Below the pieces are notes generated by a model. The model did not search any database. It saw only the letters and a list, made by a program, of their open reading frames with translations, and was not told the DNA's origin. Positions 20,601-27,988 of a DNA stretch of 64,000 nt are shown piece after piece; within the stretch, counting starts at the first letter, position 1; every line of letters begins with the position of its first letter. The stretch is from Candidatus Dojkabacteria bacterium (lineage in GTDB: Bacteria > Patescibacteriota > Dojkabacteria > B142 > JAFGMG01): assembly GCA_016927655.1 (NCBI GenBank), contig JAFGMG010000001.1, positions 34,818-98,817 of the forward strand, in the 5' to 3' direction. The position numbers were made by a program, and so were the translations under genes.

Positions 20601-20629
20601 TTGACAGCGGATCAACTTCTAGCTACTAT
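20601..20629 (+). promoter_or_regulatory. sigma70-type promoter: TTGACA, 17-nt spacer, TACTAT
   Basis: Perfect -35 hexamer with 17-bp spacing to a 4/6 match to the -10 consensus. Faces the small ORF at 20674 and the gene at 20903. Confidence 0.5.
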
Positions 20630-20673
20630 ATTCCCTATTGCATTTTTTAACTAGCTTTTAGGGAAGAGATACT

Positions 20674-20763
20674 ATGAATGACAAAGGCTTTGCCGAGATC
20701 CTGACAATTCTTACCGCTGCTTCAATAACCATTGCCGTAATTGTTCCTGTGGTGCTTCTATAA
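20674..20763 (+). CDS. 29-aa hydrophobic single-TM peptide (MNDKGFAEILTILTAASITIAVIVPVVLL)
   Basis: Purine-rich region (gggaagag) ~6 nt upstream of the ATG. Sits downstream of the predicted promoter. Too short for the ORF track. Confidence 0.25.
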   Translation: MNDKGFAEILTILTAASITIAVIVPVVLL

Positions 20764-20902
20764 AAAACCTCGAAATCTATTGGATAATTTCAATATTATC
20801 TTTTTTATTTTCATTGCTGTCAATTTGAGTTTCATATCCTTGAAATCCCCTCTATGTTCTTGCTAGATTTTCTAGTTGATTTAATATATTACCTTCCCGG
20901 AA

Positions 20903-22249
20903 ATGTCCAAAACAAGCAAATACGATTTTCTTATCGTCGGTGCTGGCCCGGCTGGAATGTTTGCTGTTTATGAGATTCTAAAGAAAAAACCCAAAGCAAA
21001 AATATTGATCCTTGAAAGAGGGAACCTCATAGAAAACAGGGGGCCGAATGAAACTATGATCGGCTTTGGTGGCGGAGGGACTTTCTCTGACGGAAAACTA
21101 CATTACACACCGATTCTCAGCCATGAAAAGGCTTTGGATCTGATTGACGTAAAAGAATATGAGAAATTGATTCAATATGTTGACGATGTATTTACAAATT
21201 ACGGAATAACAGAACCTTATTACCCCAAAAACGAGAAACAAGTTGATGAGCTAATTAATAGATGCCAGAAGAACGGAATTAAATTGTATTCCCGAAGAGT
21301 CAGGCATACCGGAACAGACAAACTAAGAAACCTAGTAGAAAAAATTCAAAAGGACTTTGAAAAAAAGGAAGTTGAGATTATAGGCAAGACAGTTGTTGAA
21401 GATATAATTATCGATAAAACTTGCAAGGGAGTAATCTGCAAAAACGGGAAAAAGTATTTTGCAGATAAGGTGCTTCTAGCTCCGGGCAGAGTTGGAGCAA
21501 GGTGGCTTCAAAACATTGCTATAGAGAAAGGAATTGAATATAAATATGACAAGGTCGAGGTTGGGGTTAGGATAGAGTTCCCATTTGCAATTATGCAGAA
21601 GTTCAGCGATCAAATGTATGAGGCTATTTTTGAAATTGACACATTAACTTATGACGATACAATTAGAACATTCTGTCCTTGTCCACATGGGAAAGTGGCT
21701 ATCGAAAAATACCAGGGTTTTGTCTGCGCAAATGGACATTCCGAATCCATACACAATTCTGAAAATTCAAATTTTGCATTTTTGACAGAAATCAAACTAA
21801 CCGAACCAGTAGAAAACACCACCCTTTATGCAAAATCTATTGCCGAACTTACCACTACGCTTGGCGGAGGGAAAGTGATAATTCAAAGACTGGCCGATCT
21901 TCAAAAAGGAAGAAGAAGTACCTGGAATAGAATTCACAAAAGCTATGTAACTCCAAGCCTTACGGATGTAACGCCCGGCGATATTTCTATGGCTCTTCCA
22001 CATAGAATAGTGGTCAACATTCTTGAAGGTTTGGAAAAATTAGAAAAGGTTATGCCCGGGATAAATTCCGGGTCAACACTGCTTTATGCACCAGAAGTTA
22101 AATACCGAGGGTCAAAGATTATAACTAACAATAATCTCGAAACAAAGATAAAAAATCTTTTTGTAGCTGGTGATGGCGCTGGAGTGTCGGGCAATATAAT
22201 CGGGGCAGCAGTCACCGGAGTGATGGCAGCTCGCGGTATGATGCGATAA
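20903..22249 (+). CDS. FAD-dependent oxidoreductase (COG2509-like NAD(FAD)-utilising dehydrogenase)
   Basis: N-terminal dinucleotide-binding motif DFLIVGAGPAGMFA and C-terminal FVAGDGAGVSGNIIGAAVTG. Confidence 0.6.
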   Translation: MSKTSKYDFLIVGAGPAGMFAVYEILKKKPKAKILILERGNLIENRGPNETMIGFGGGGTFSDGKLHYTPILSHEKALDLIDVKEYEKLIQYVDDVFTNYGITEPYYPKNEKQVDELINRCQKNGIKLYSRRVRHTGTDKLRNLVEKIQKDFEKKEVEIIGKTVVEDIIIDKTCKGVICKNGKKYFADKVLLAPGRVGARWLQNIAIEKGIEYKYDKVEVGVRIEFPFAIMQKFSDQMYEAIFEIDTLTYDDTIRTFCPCPHGKVAIEKYQGFVCANGHSESIHNSENSNFAFLTEIKLTEPVENTTLYAKSIAELTTTLGGGKVIIQRLADLQKGRRSTWNRIHKSYVTPSLTDVTPGDISMALPHRIVVNILEGLEKLEKVMPGINSGSTLLYAPEVKYRGSKIITNNNLETKIKNLFVAGDGAGVSGNIIGAAVTGVMAARGMMR

Positions 22250-22267
22250 TTTTTACAGAATCTGTAA

Positions 22268-22903
22268 ATGCTCAACAAATACAAATTCATTCTTTTCGAC
22301 TTTGACGACACTCTCGTAAACACGCGCGAGCATATTTGGGCACATCACAAATATGTCGCAAAAGAATTTTACGAAATTGAACTCACAGATGAAAAACTAA
22401 AGGAACACTACGGAGAGCCAATGGAGGAACTCGTTTTGAATCTTTATGAGCGTAAAGATACCGCCGAGAATATGCTGACTAATTACACTAAAAGCAGAGA
22501 CCAATTCCCAAAGACAGTTTATCCAGATACAATTCCTACATTAAATAATCTTTTCGCCCTAGACAAACAACTAGGGATCATCACTGCTACTATGAAAGAA
22601 TATCTTGTCTCTGATTTGAAAAAATACCAATTCCCTTATGAAAAATTCTTATTGCTTCAAGGTGCCGACGAGACAGAATTCCACAAGCCAGACGGAAGAG
22701 TTTTTGACTTCGCATTTGAAGAAGCAAATAAGCTAGGGATTTCAAAAGCAGAAATCATCTATATTGGAGATGGACTAAAAGATCTAATGGCTTCTCAGGA
22801 TGCCGGGATTGATTTCATTGGAGTTGCAAAAGGGATGACAACGAAAGAGACTTTTGAAAAAGAGGGTGTGATAGCAATCACCGATCTGAGTGAACTTCTT
22901 TAA
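22268..22903 (+). CDS. HAD-superfamily hydrolase (phosphatase-like)
   Basis: Motif I ILFDFDDTLV, and a late IGDGLKDLMASQDAG matching motif IV. Confidence 0.7.
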   Translation: MLNKYKFILFDFDDTLVNTREHIWAHHKYVAKEFYEIELTDEKLKEHYGEPMEELVLNLYERKDTAENMLTNYTKSRDQFPKTVYPDTIPTLNNLFALDKQLGIITATMKEYLVSDLKKYQFPYEKFLLLQGADETEFHKPDGRVFDFAFEEANKLGISKAEIIYIGDGLKDLMASQDAGIDFIGVAKGMTTKETFEKEGVIAITDLSELL

Positions 22904-23252
22904 CAAAATAGCGGAATTCACAGTCAGGCTCGTTGTATGCGGGGTCTAGTCTTATTCGGGAAAATCTATCAACGACTACTTCCTCACCACAATGAGGTCT
23001 CTCAATTACCCAAAAATCCTCCTCCTCCGGGATTCCTTCCCAGAAAATCCCTGCATGCTCATAGCTGCATTCAGTTGTAACCACATAAATCACAATTCCA
23101 TTCTGCATGCGCATTGCAACATTTTCCAAATCAATTTCTTCAAATTCATTCAATTCAAGGTATAGACGGACAGTCTCAGGACGATCATTTACGATTGCAT
23201 CTACTAAGCCCATGCAATTTGATCTTGTAGTCTGGAATAATTCAATATCCAT
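22878..23252 (-). CDS. hypothetical protein
   Basis: 124-aa ORF with no recognisable motifs. Ends just before direct-repeat copy 1. Confidence 0.35.
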   Translation of the reverse strand: MDIELFQTTRSNCMGLVDAIVNDRPETVRLYLELNEFEEIDLENVAMRMQNGIVIYVVTTECSYEHAGIFWEGIPEEEDFWVIERPHCGEEVVVDRFSRIRLDPAYNEPDCEFRYFVKEVHSDR

Positions 23253-23286
23253 TTATCAAATTATACAGGAAATTCGTCTTGATGAG

Positions 23287-23314
23287 CCTACTCGGACAAA
23301 AGTCGTACCAGATT
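23287..23314 (+). repeat. direct repeat copy 1 (cctactcggacaaaagtcgtaccagatt)
   Basis: One of four near-identical ~30-bp direct repeats read from the sequence. Confidence 0.7.
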
Positions 23315-23342
23315 ATGAAAGCGATAAAATACTTGAATAAAC

Positions 23343-23612
23343 TTATTTATCTAGATTATCGACAAACTTTTTAAGTCTTGTGGAAAGGAGCTCATTTTCA
23401 CCGTCACCGAAATACAATTCCAGAATAATTCTCAAATCCATCAATTCTTTGTCAAAATGTTTATATCTAATATCTGTTTTAGGAATGTCAGTAGCCTTTA
23501 AATAATTGTCTTTTTCTAAGCACTCTCGTAGATGGTCCAGCAAAGCTAATTTACAAAAGTATTTGTTACTCCATTTCCCGTTAAGTAGAGTTTTGAATTG
23601 TTTCTGTTTCAT
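23343..23612 (-). CDS. hypothetical protein (cassette gene)
   Basis: 89-aa ORF lying between repeat copies 1 and 2. Confidence 0.35.
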   Translation of the reverse strand: MKQKQFKTLLNGKWSNKYFCKLALLDHLRECLEKDNYLKATDIPKTDIRYKHFDKELMDLRIILELYFGDGENELLSTRLKKFVDNLDK

Positions 23613-23693
23613 CTATAAAGTATAAAAAGTAATACTGGGCGAATTATAACAAAATTGGCAGGATAGTGGATATTGTTATTGGGTAGGTATTAT

Positions 23694-23726
23694 GACCCTA
23701 GTGGGACAAAAGTCAAACCAGATTTT
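23694..23726 (+). repeat. direct repeat copy 2 (gaccctagtgggacaaaagtcaaaccagatttt)
   Basis: Same repeat family and same orientation. Confidence 0.7.
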
Positions 23727-23784
23727 AATTGGTTTGAAGTGTTTTAAAAAGTTCACAGTTCAGGGTGAACTATGAACTTTTCTG

Positions 23785-23793
23785 TGGTACAAT
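23785..23793 (+). promoter_or_regulatory. extended -10 element TGgTACAAT. The ATG lies 7 nt downstream, consistent with a leaderless transcript
   Basis: Read from the sequence immediately upstream of the 23800 ORF. Confidence 0.4.
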
Positions 23794-23799
23794 AGATCC

Positions 23800-24771
23800 A
23801 TGAAAACATCGGAAAAAATACTAAAATTTATTGAAGAAGAAGGGGAAGCGACACCAAAACAAATCACGACCTACTCCGGTACGACAAATAGGGCTGTATT
23901 TAAACAGCTTGCAAAAATGACAGAGGCAGGGAAATTGATCAAAATAGGTAAACCTCCCAAAGTATTCTATAAGATTAGTATTGAAAAGGATAAAACAGAG
24001 AAAGCTATAAAACTCGACCAAGCTATAGAAAAAGAGATCGAACAGAATTTTCTTTATGTTACACCTTTGGGAGAATATTTTTCTGGTAAAAAGGGTTTTA
24101 TCAAATGGTGCGAGGAAAGGAAACTTAATATAGCACAACAAGCAAAGCAATATTCAAACATGCTTGCAAGAATTTATCGAAGAAAAGATGCTAAGGTGAT
24201 CATTGCAACAGATAAATTTAAAGACACATTTAGTGAAAATTTTCTTAAAGAGGTTTTTTATATTGATTTTTATTCTATCCCGCAGTTTGGGAAGACTAAA
24301 CTTGGACAGCTTTTGCTGTATGCAAAACAAAGCCAAGATAAAAAGAGAATTAAAGAGATTTCAAATATTGTTAGAGATCCTATTGATTATGTGATAAAGA
24401 AATACAAAATTGATGCGATAGGTTATATTCCCCCAACGGTTAGAAGAGAAGTTCAATTTATGAAAGAGCTTGAGAAGAATCTCAATCTACCTCTACCCCA
24501 AATCAAACTAACAAAAATTAAAACTGAGATTATAGTACCTCAAAAGACTTTGAATAAGATTAGAGATAGAATTACCAATGCTAAGAATACTATTATGGTT
24601 GAAGATAAGAGATCGTTTAACAATGTCTTGCTTATTGATGACGCTGCTGGTTCTGGTGCCTCACTTAACGAAACAGCAAAAAAATTACTGAATAGTGGTA
24701 TAGCGAATAAGGTTTATGGGTTGACTATAACAGGCAGCTACAAGGGTTTTGATGTGATTTCTGAAATCTGA
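23800..24771 (+). CDS. winged-helix HTH + phosphoribosyltransferase (PRTase) domain fusion protein
   Basis: N-terminal wHTH-like segment. C-terminal type I PRTase PRPP-binding motif (VLLIDDAAGSGASL). The TGA stop abuts repeat copy 3. Confidence 0.5.
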   Translation: MKTSEKILKFIEEEGEATPKQITTYSGTTNRAVFKQLAKMTEAGKLIKIGKPPKVFYKISIEKDKTEKAIKLDQAIEKEIEQNFLYVTPLGEYFSGKKGFIKWCEERKLNIAQQAKQYSNMLARIYRRKDAKVIIATDKFKDTFSENFLKEVFYIDFYSIPQFGKTKLGQLLLYAKQSQDKKRIKEISNIVRDPIDYVIKKYKIDAIGYIPPTVRREVQFMKELEKNLNLPLPQIKLTKIKTEIIVPQKTLNKIRDRITNAKNTIMVEDKRSFNNVLLIDDAAGSGASLNETAKKLLNSGIANKVYGLTITGSYKGFDVISEI

Positions 24772-24800
24772 CCCTACTCGGACAAAAGTCAAACCAGCTT
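24770..24800 (+). repeat. direct repeat copy 3 (gaccctactcggacaaaagtcaaaccagctt)
   Basis: Same repeat family and same orientation. Confidence 0.7.
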
Positions 24801-24808
24801 CTAAGATG

Positions 24809-25443
24809 GCTCAATTCAGTATCTCAAACTCCAACAACTCTGGGAAATGCTCCTCTATCTGCTCATTGGTTATAGCCTCTAAGTCAAGATCTGTATTTCT
24901 TGAGATTATTTCTTCTAGTCTCTTGGCATTTTTTCGATGTTCTTTAAAGTCTTCCTCTGGAGAACGACTCTTTAAATCCTCGAGTCTTTCAGAAATAGAT
25001 AAAATGCCATTTAATCCAATTCTTATATCACTATAAACGACAATAATAGATCCGATATTTGACTCTTCTATAATATTAGGAATGAACTGCCATTCAGTAT
25101 TTTTTACAATTTCAATTATAGATTTGTCGCATCCTATTTCTTGAACGATTCCAATTAAAGCACTATGCTCGTCATCTCCATGTTTTTTAATAGTTTATTT
25201 TTGAAAACTTATTAAATCCTCTATCTGAGCTGGACTCATGCCGAACTTCGATTGTTTCTGTGGATCGAAGGTTATGGGTTTGGCAATATCATGTAGCAAG
25301 GAAGCTGTGATAATTGCAGATTTATTGAGGTCACGACTAATCCAATGGTCAAGAATTATTTGAGACAAAGCTCCAACTCTTAGCATGTGAGTGACAAGTG
25401 CCGAAGGAGTCTGATATCTTTTATAAACTTCATTTATTGTCAT
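24809..25443 (-). pseudogene. HD-domain phosphohydrolase gene interrupted by an in-frame TAA
   Basis: The 82-aa ORF 25195..25443 carries the HD motif (LLHDIAK) and ends at a TAA. The same frame then continues for ~128 more codons with no Met, down to ~24809. Confidence 0.5.
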
Positions 25444-25511
25444 ATTTCGATCTTAGAGGATTATCGACACGAAAGCAATATTCGGAGAATAGCTGATAGT
25501 AAGGCAAGATG

Positions 25512-25540
25512 GCCCTACTCGGACAAAAGTTAAACCAGAT
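25512..25540 (+). repeat. direct repeat copy 4 (gccctactcggacaaaagttaaaccagat)
   Basis: Same repeat family and same orientation. Confidence 0.7.
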
Positions 25541-25593
25541 AATCAAAACGTTAGATAATGTAATAATATTGGGCAGTCTATACACGACAAAAA

Positions 25594-25602
25594 TGGTATA
25601 AT
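25594..25602 (+). promoter_or_regulatory. extended -10 element TGgTATAAT. The ATG lies 6 nt downstream (leaderless)
   Basis: Read from the sequence upstream of the 25608 ORF. Confidence 0.45.
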
Positions 25603-25607
25603 GTGTT

Positions 25608-25871
25608 ATGGAAAAAAGACTAGAACAACTTATAAAAAAAAATAGAGAAATATTTTGGGATGTGCCTTCTGGAAGCCTAAACCAACTCTCACAAGAAGCC
25701 ATTTTTGAACGCATATTAGAATTTGGAAATATAGAGTCTTTTGAAGAATTAACTGAAGCAACCAAAGGAAATACCGCACAAATTTTTAACAGGCTAATCA
25801 ATAAAAAACGTGTAAACCTATCTCCAAGAATAATAAATTTTATGAATACTTATCTTGAATACAATTCATAG
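25608..25871 (+). CDS. small protein upstream of and overlapping the AbiEii-like gene. Possible cognate antitoxin or regulator
   Basis: 87 aa. Overlaps the downstream toxin-like gene by 17 nt. Leaderless-type promoter. Confidence 0.3.
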   Translation: MEKRLEQLIKKNREIFWDVPSGSLNQLSQEAIFERILEFGNIESFEELTEATKGNTAQIFNRLINKKRVNLSPRIINFMNTYLEYNS

Positions 25872-26466
25872 AGAGGTTTTAAATAAGAAACAGCTAGAGT
25901 TATGGCCACTTCTCCCGCAGTTTAAAGATTTCTATTTGGCTGGAGGAACATCATTAGCATTACAAATTGGACACAGAAAATCTATTGACTTTGATCTTTT
26001 TCATAATGCTCCAATCAATACAGAAGAAATACTAAAATTGCTTGATAAAAATAGAATTAGTAATGTTATTGTGGATACTCAAGATGAGTTCACATTGATT
26101 TACAATCAAATGAAGCTAACATTCTTAAATTATCCTTTTAACGTCAAGACCAACGTTAAGCTTGAAAATATCGAATCAATAGATCCTTTGACTATCGCTG
26201 CAATGAAAGCCTATGCTCTTGGAAGAAGGGCCAAATGGAAGGATTATGTAGACTTGTACTTTGTTTCCAGGAAATACTCTTTGGATCATATTATCGACAG
26301 AGCTAAGAATATTTTTGATAATCTTTTTTCAGAAAAATTATTTCGTACACAACTTTGCTATTTTGATGACGTGGATTATACAGAGAAAGTAGAATACACT
26401 GAAGGACATGAGGTTACAGATAAAAAGATCAAAGAGCACTTGAAGAAAGTTTCCACGGATTTATGA
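25855..26466 (+). CDS. AbiEii-like nucleotidyltransferase (type IV toxin-antitoxin toxin family, DUF1814-like)
   Basis: LAGGTSLALQIGHRKSIDFDLF matches the GGTAL...R.S.D.D motif of AbiEii/DUF1814 nucleotidyltransferases. Confidence 0.5.
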   Translation: MNTIHREVLNKKQLELWPLLPQFKDFYLAGGTSLALQIGHRKSIDFDLFHNAPINTEEILKLLDKNRISNVIVDTQDEFTLIYNQMKLTFLNYPFNVKTNVKLENIESIDPLTIAAMKAYALGRRAKWKDYVDLYFVSRKYSLDHIIDRAKNIFDNLFSEKLFRTQLCYFDDVDYTEKVEYTEGHEVTDKKIKEHLKKVSTDL

Positions 26467-26535
26467 CCCTACCGGGAATCGAACCCGGATTTACAGATTG
26501 AGAATCTGCTGTCCTAACCGTTAGACGATAGGGCC
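26464..26535 (-). tRNA. tRNA-Glu (anticodon CUC)
   Basis: Hand-folded cloverleaf: acceptor GGCCCUA/UAGGGUC, D-arm GUCU-AACGGUUA-GGAC, anticodon stem GCAGA/UCUGU with loop UUCUCAA, T-arm CCGGG-UUCGAUU-CCCGG, discriminator A. Confidence 0.7.
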
Positions 26536-26575
26536 GAAGCGTTTGATTTGTCCTTACGATTATATCAAAAGGAGA

Positions 26576-27595
26576 CTACTTCTCAAACACATAAAGCGGC
26601 ACCTCTTCAAGCCATTTGTCTTTCCAGCCGTTATTCACCGCCAGGAAATCCATTTTCTCAAAGCCTCCTGCAAGTGCATCTTCAATTTCATAAAGATTCA
26701 AGAAGTTCCCAATGCCTGGACAATTATCCACGTCATAACCGCATTTGATCGGAGCATAAATCTTATTATAAAGAAGAATTAGATCAACCCCCATTATTTC
26801 CCCATCAATTTCCACACTAAGCATCCTGATATCGTAAGAATCGTGAATTTTACCAAGCTCGACAACGTTCCTGAAAGCCTCAATCTGACGAGGATCCTCC
26901 CAGTCAGCAAGCTGCCCCTTTTCTTTCAGTCTGGCTTTACTCAGCCTGATCAAATGATCTAAATCTTCAAATCTATCACGAACCACAACAGGATTCCTGG
27001 ATTCAATAACTCTTCTATCACGCTTCATGTTATAACGTCTCTTCTTTTTCAAATTGTTCAGGACCGAATCCAGGGTATTGTATTTTTTCAAATCAAGAAT
27101 ATATTTCGAATCATCTTTTTTGAACCTTTCTGGATTTGCGCTTTTTTTGACAGTTTCGCTTGAAATAGAGCCTAAATGCAGCGGAGCAGGTGCCAGATCC
27201 AAAAGTAGATCAACAAGCGTGTCATCCTTAACCAGAATTTTTGTTTCTTCCTGCCACCAGCTGCCAAACCAGATAAACCTGTTGTTATCAGCTTCAAACC
27301 ATAAGGGGAATAATCCGACATTTGCATCCTGCTTAGAAATCGCAACGAAATACGGAACACGGCCGAATCCCTTCCAAAAAGCATATCGAAATTCCCATGT
27401 ATCGAAAATTGTTTTGAAGCTTGAGAATTCCTTCCACAACACTTTGCAAGAGTCAATATCACTTACTATTTTTACTTCATATCCTTTCGCTTTGAGTTCA
27501 GTTAAAGTTTTTTGGTTTAATTTTTCTATTCCTAAACTAGGAGGCTCATCACTTGAAGTAGTTTCATTTGAAGCACCAGAAATGGCACTTATCAT
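26576..27595 (-). CDS. acyl-CoA N-acyltransferase-fold protein (FemAB / CelD-BcsL-like)
   Basis: 339 aa. The only support is a weak family-level resemblance. Confidence 0.3.
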   Translation of the reverse strand: MISAISGASNETTSSDEPPSLGIEKLNQKTLTELKAKGYEVKIVSDIDSCKVLWKEFSSFKTIFDTWEFRYAFWKGFGRVPYFVAISKQDANVGLFPLWFEADNNRFIWFGSWWQEETKILVKDDTLVDLLLDLAPAPLHLGSISSETVKKSANPERFKKDDSKYILDLKKYNTLDSVLNNLKKKRRYNMKRDRRVIESRNPVVVRDRFEDLDHLIRLSKARLKEKGQLADWEDPRQIEAFRNVVELGKIHDSYDIRMLSVEIDGEIMGVDLILLYNKIYAPIKCGYDVDNCPGIGNFLNLYEIEDALAGGFEKMDFLAVNNGWKDKWLEEVPLYVFEK

Positions 27596-27637
27596 TTATT
27601 CGTCTGTTCCTTTCCTTAAATTTATATAAAATAAAAA

Positions 27638-27988
27638 TTAGTTTTTGATCTTTTCCAATTCTTCTTTTCTCACTCTTATTTTTACAGGCTTATTTGCAGG
27701 GCGGAATTGCTTTTCTTCAACTGCAACCTGGAACTCTTTCTTGATCCTTGTCTTTTCAGCTTTGGTCAGACTTCTTTCAAGTTTCAATGCTTTTTTTATC
27801 ACTCCTTTGTCAAATCCTTTTTCCAGGATCTTGATATCCGGCGAAATATTCGCGCCGCGGCCTCTTATTTTACCTTTCAAATCGACCTTGATCACTCCAT
27901 CCCTATCCTGTACAAGTCTGATCAGCTCATTTTTGAGCTTCTTTTGTTTGGTAACAACACATGTCCTGATGGGCTTATGATCCTTCAT
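27638..27988 (-). CDS. ylxR: YlxR/RnpM-family RNA-binding protein (DUF448)
   Basis: RTCVVTKQKKLKNELIRLV...GRGANI motif. Located immediately downstream of nusA. Confidence 0.7.
   Translation of the reverse strand: MKDHKPIRTCVVTKQKKLKNELIRLVQDRDGVIKVDLKGKIRGRGANISPDIKILEKGFDKGVIKKALKLERSLTKAEKTRIKKEFQVAVEEKQFRPANKPVKIRVRKEELEKIKN

Noticed and set aside
24806-25036. Plus-strand 76-aa ORF
   Set aside because: Antisense to the C-terminal half of the HD-domain pseudogene, which gives a coherent HD-protein translation on the minus strand.
26464-26540. Idea that the 30-bp repeats are full copies of the tRNA-Glu 3' end (classical att sites)
   Set aside because: Only the first 8 nt, plus a few scattered positions, match the tRNA. 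The rest of the repeat (ACAAAAGTCAAACCAGAT) does not fold as a T-arm. I kept it as a finding, but as repeat-defined cassettes and not proven att sites.
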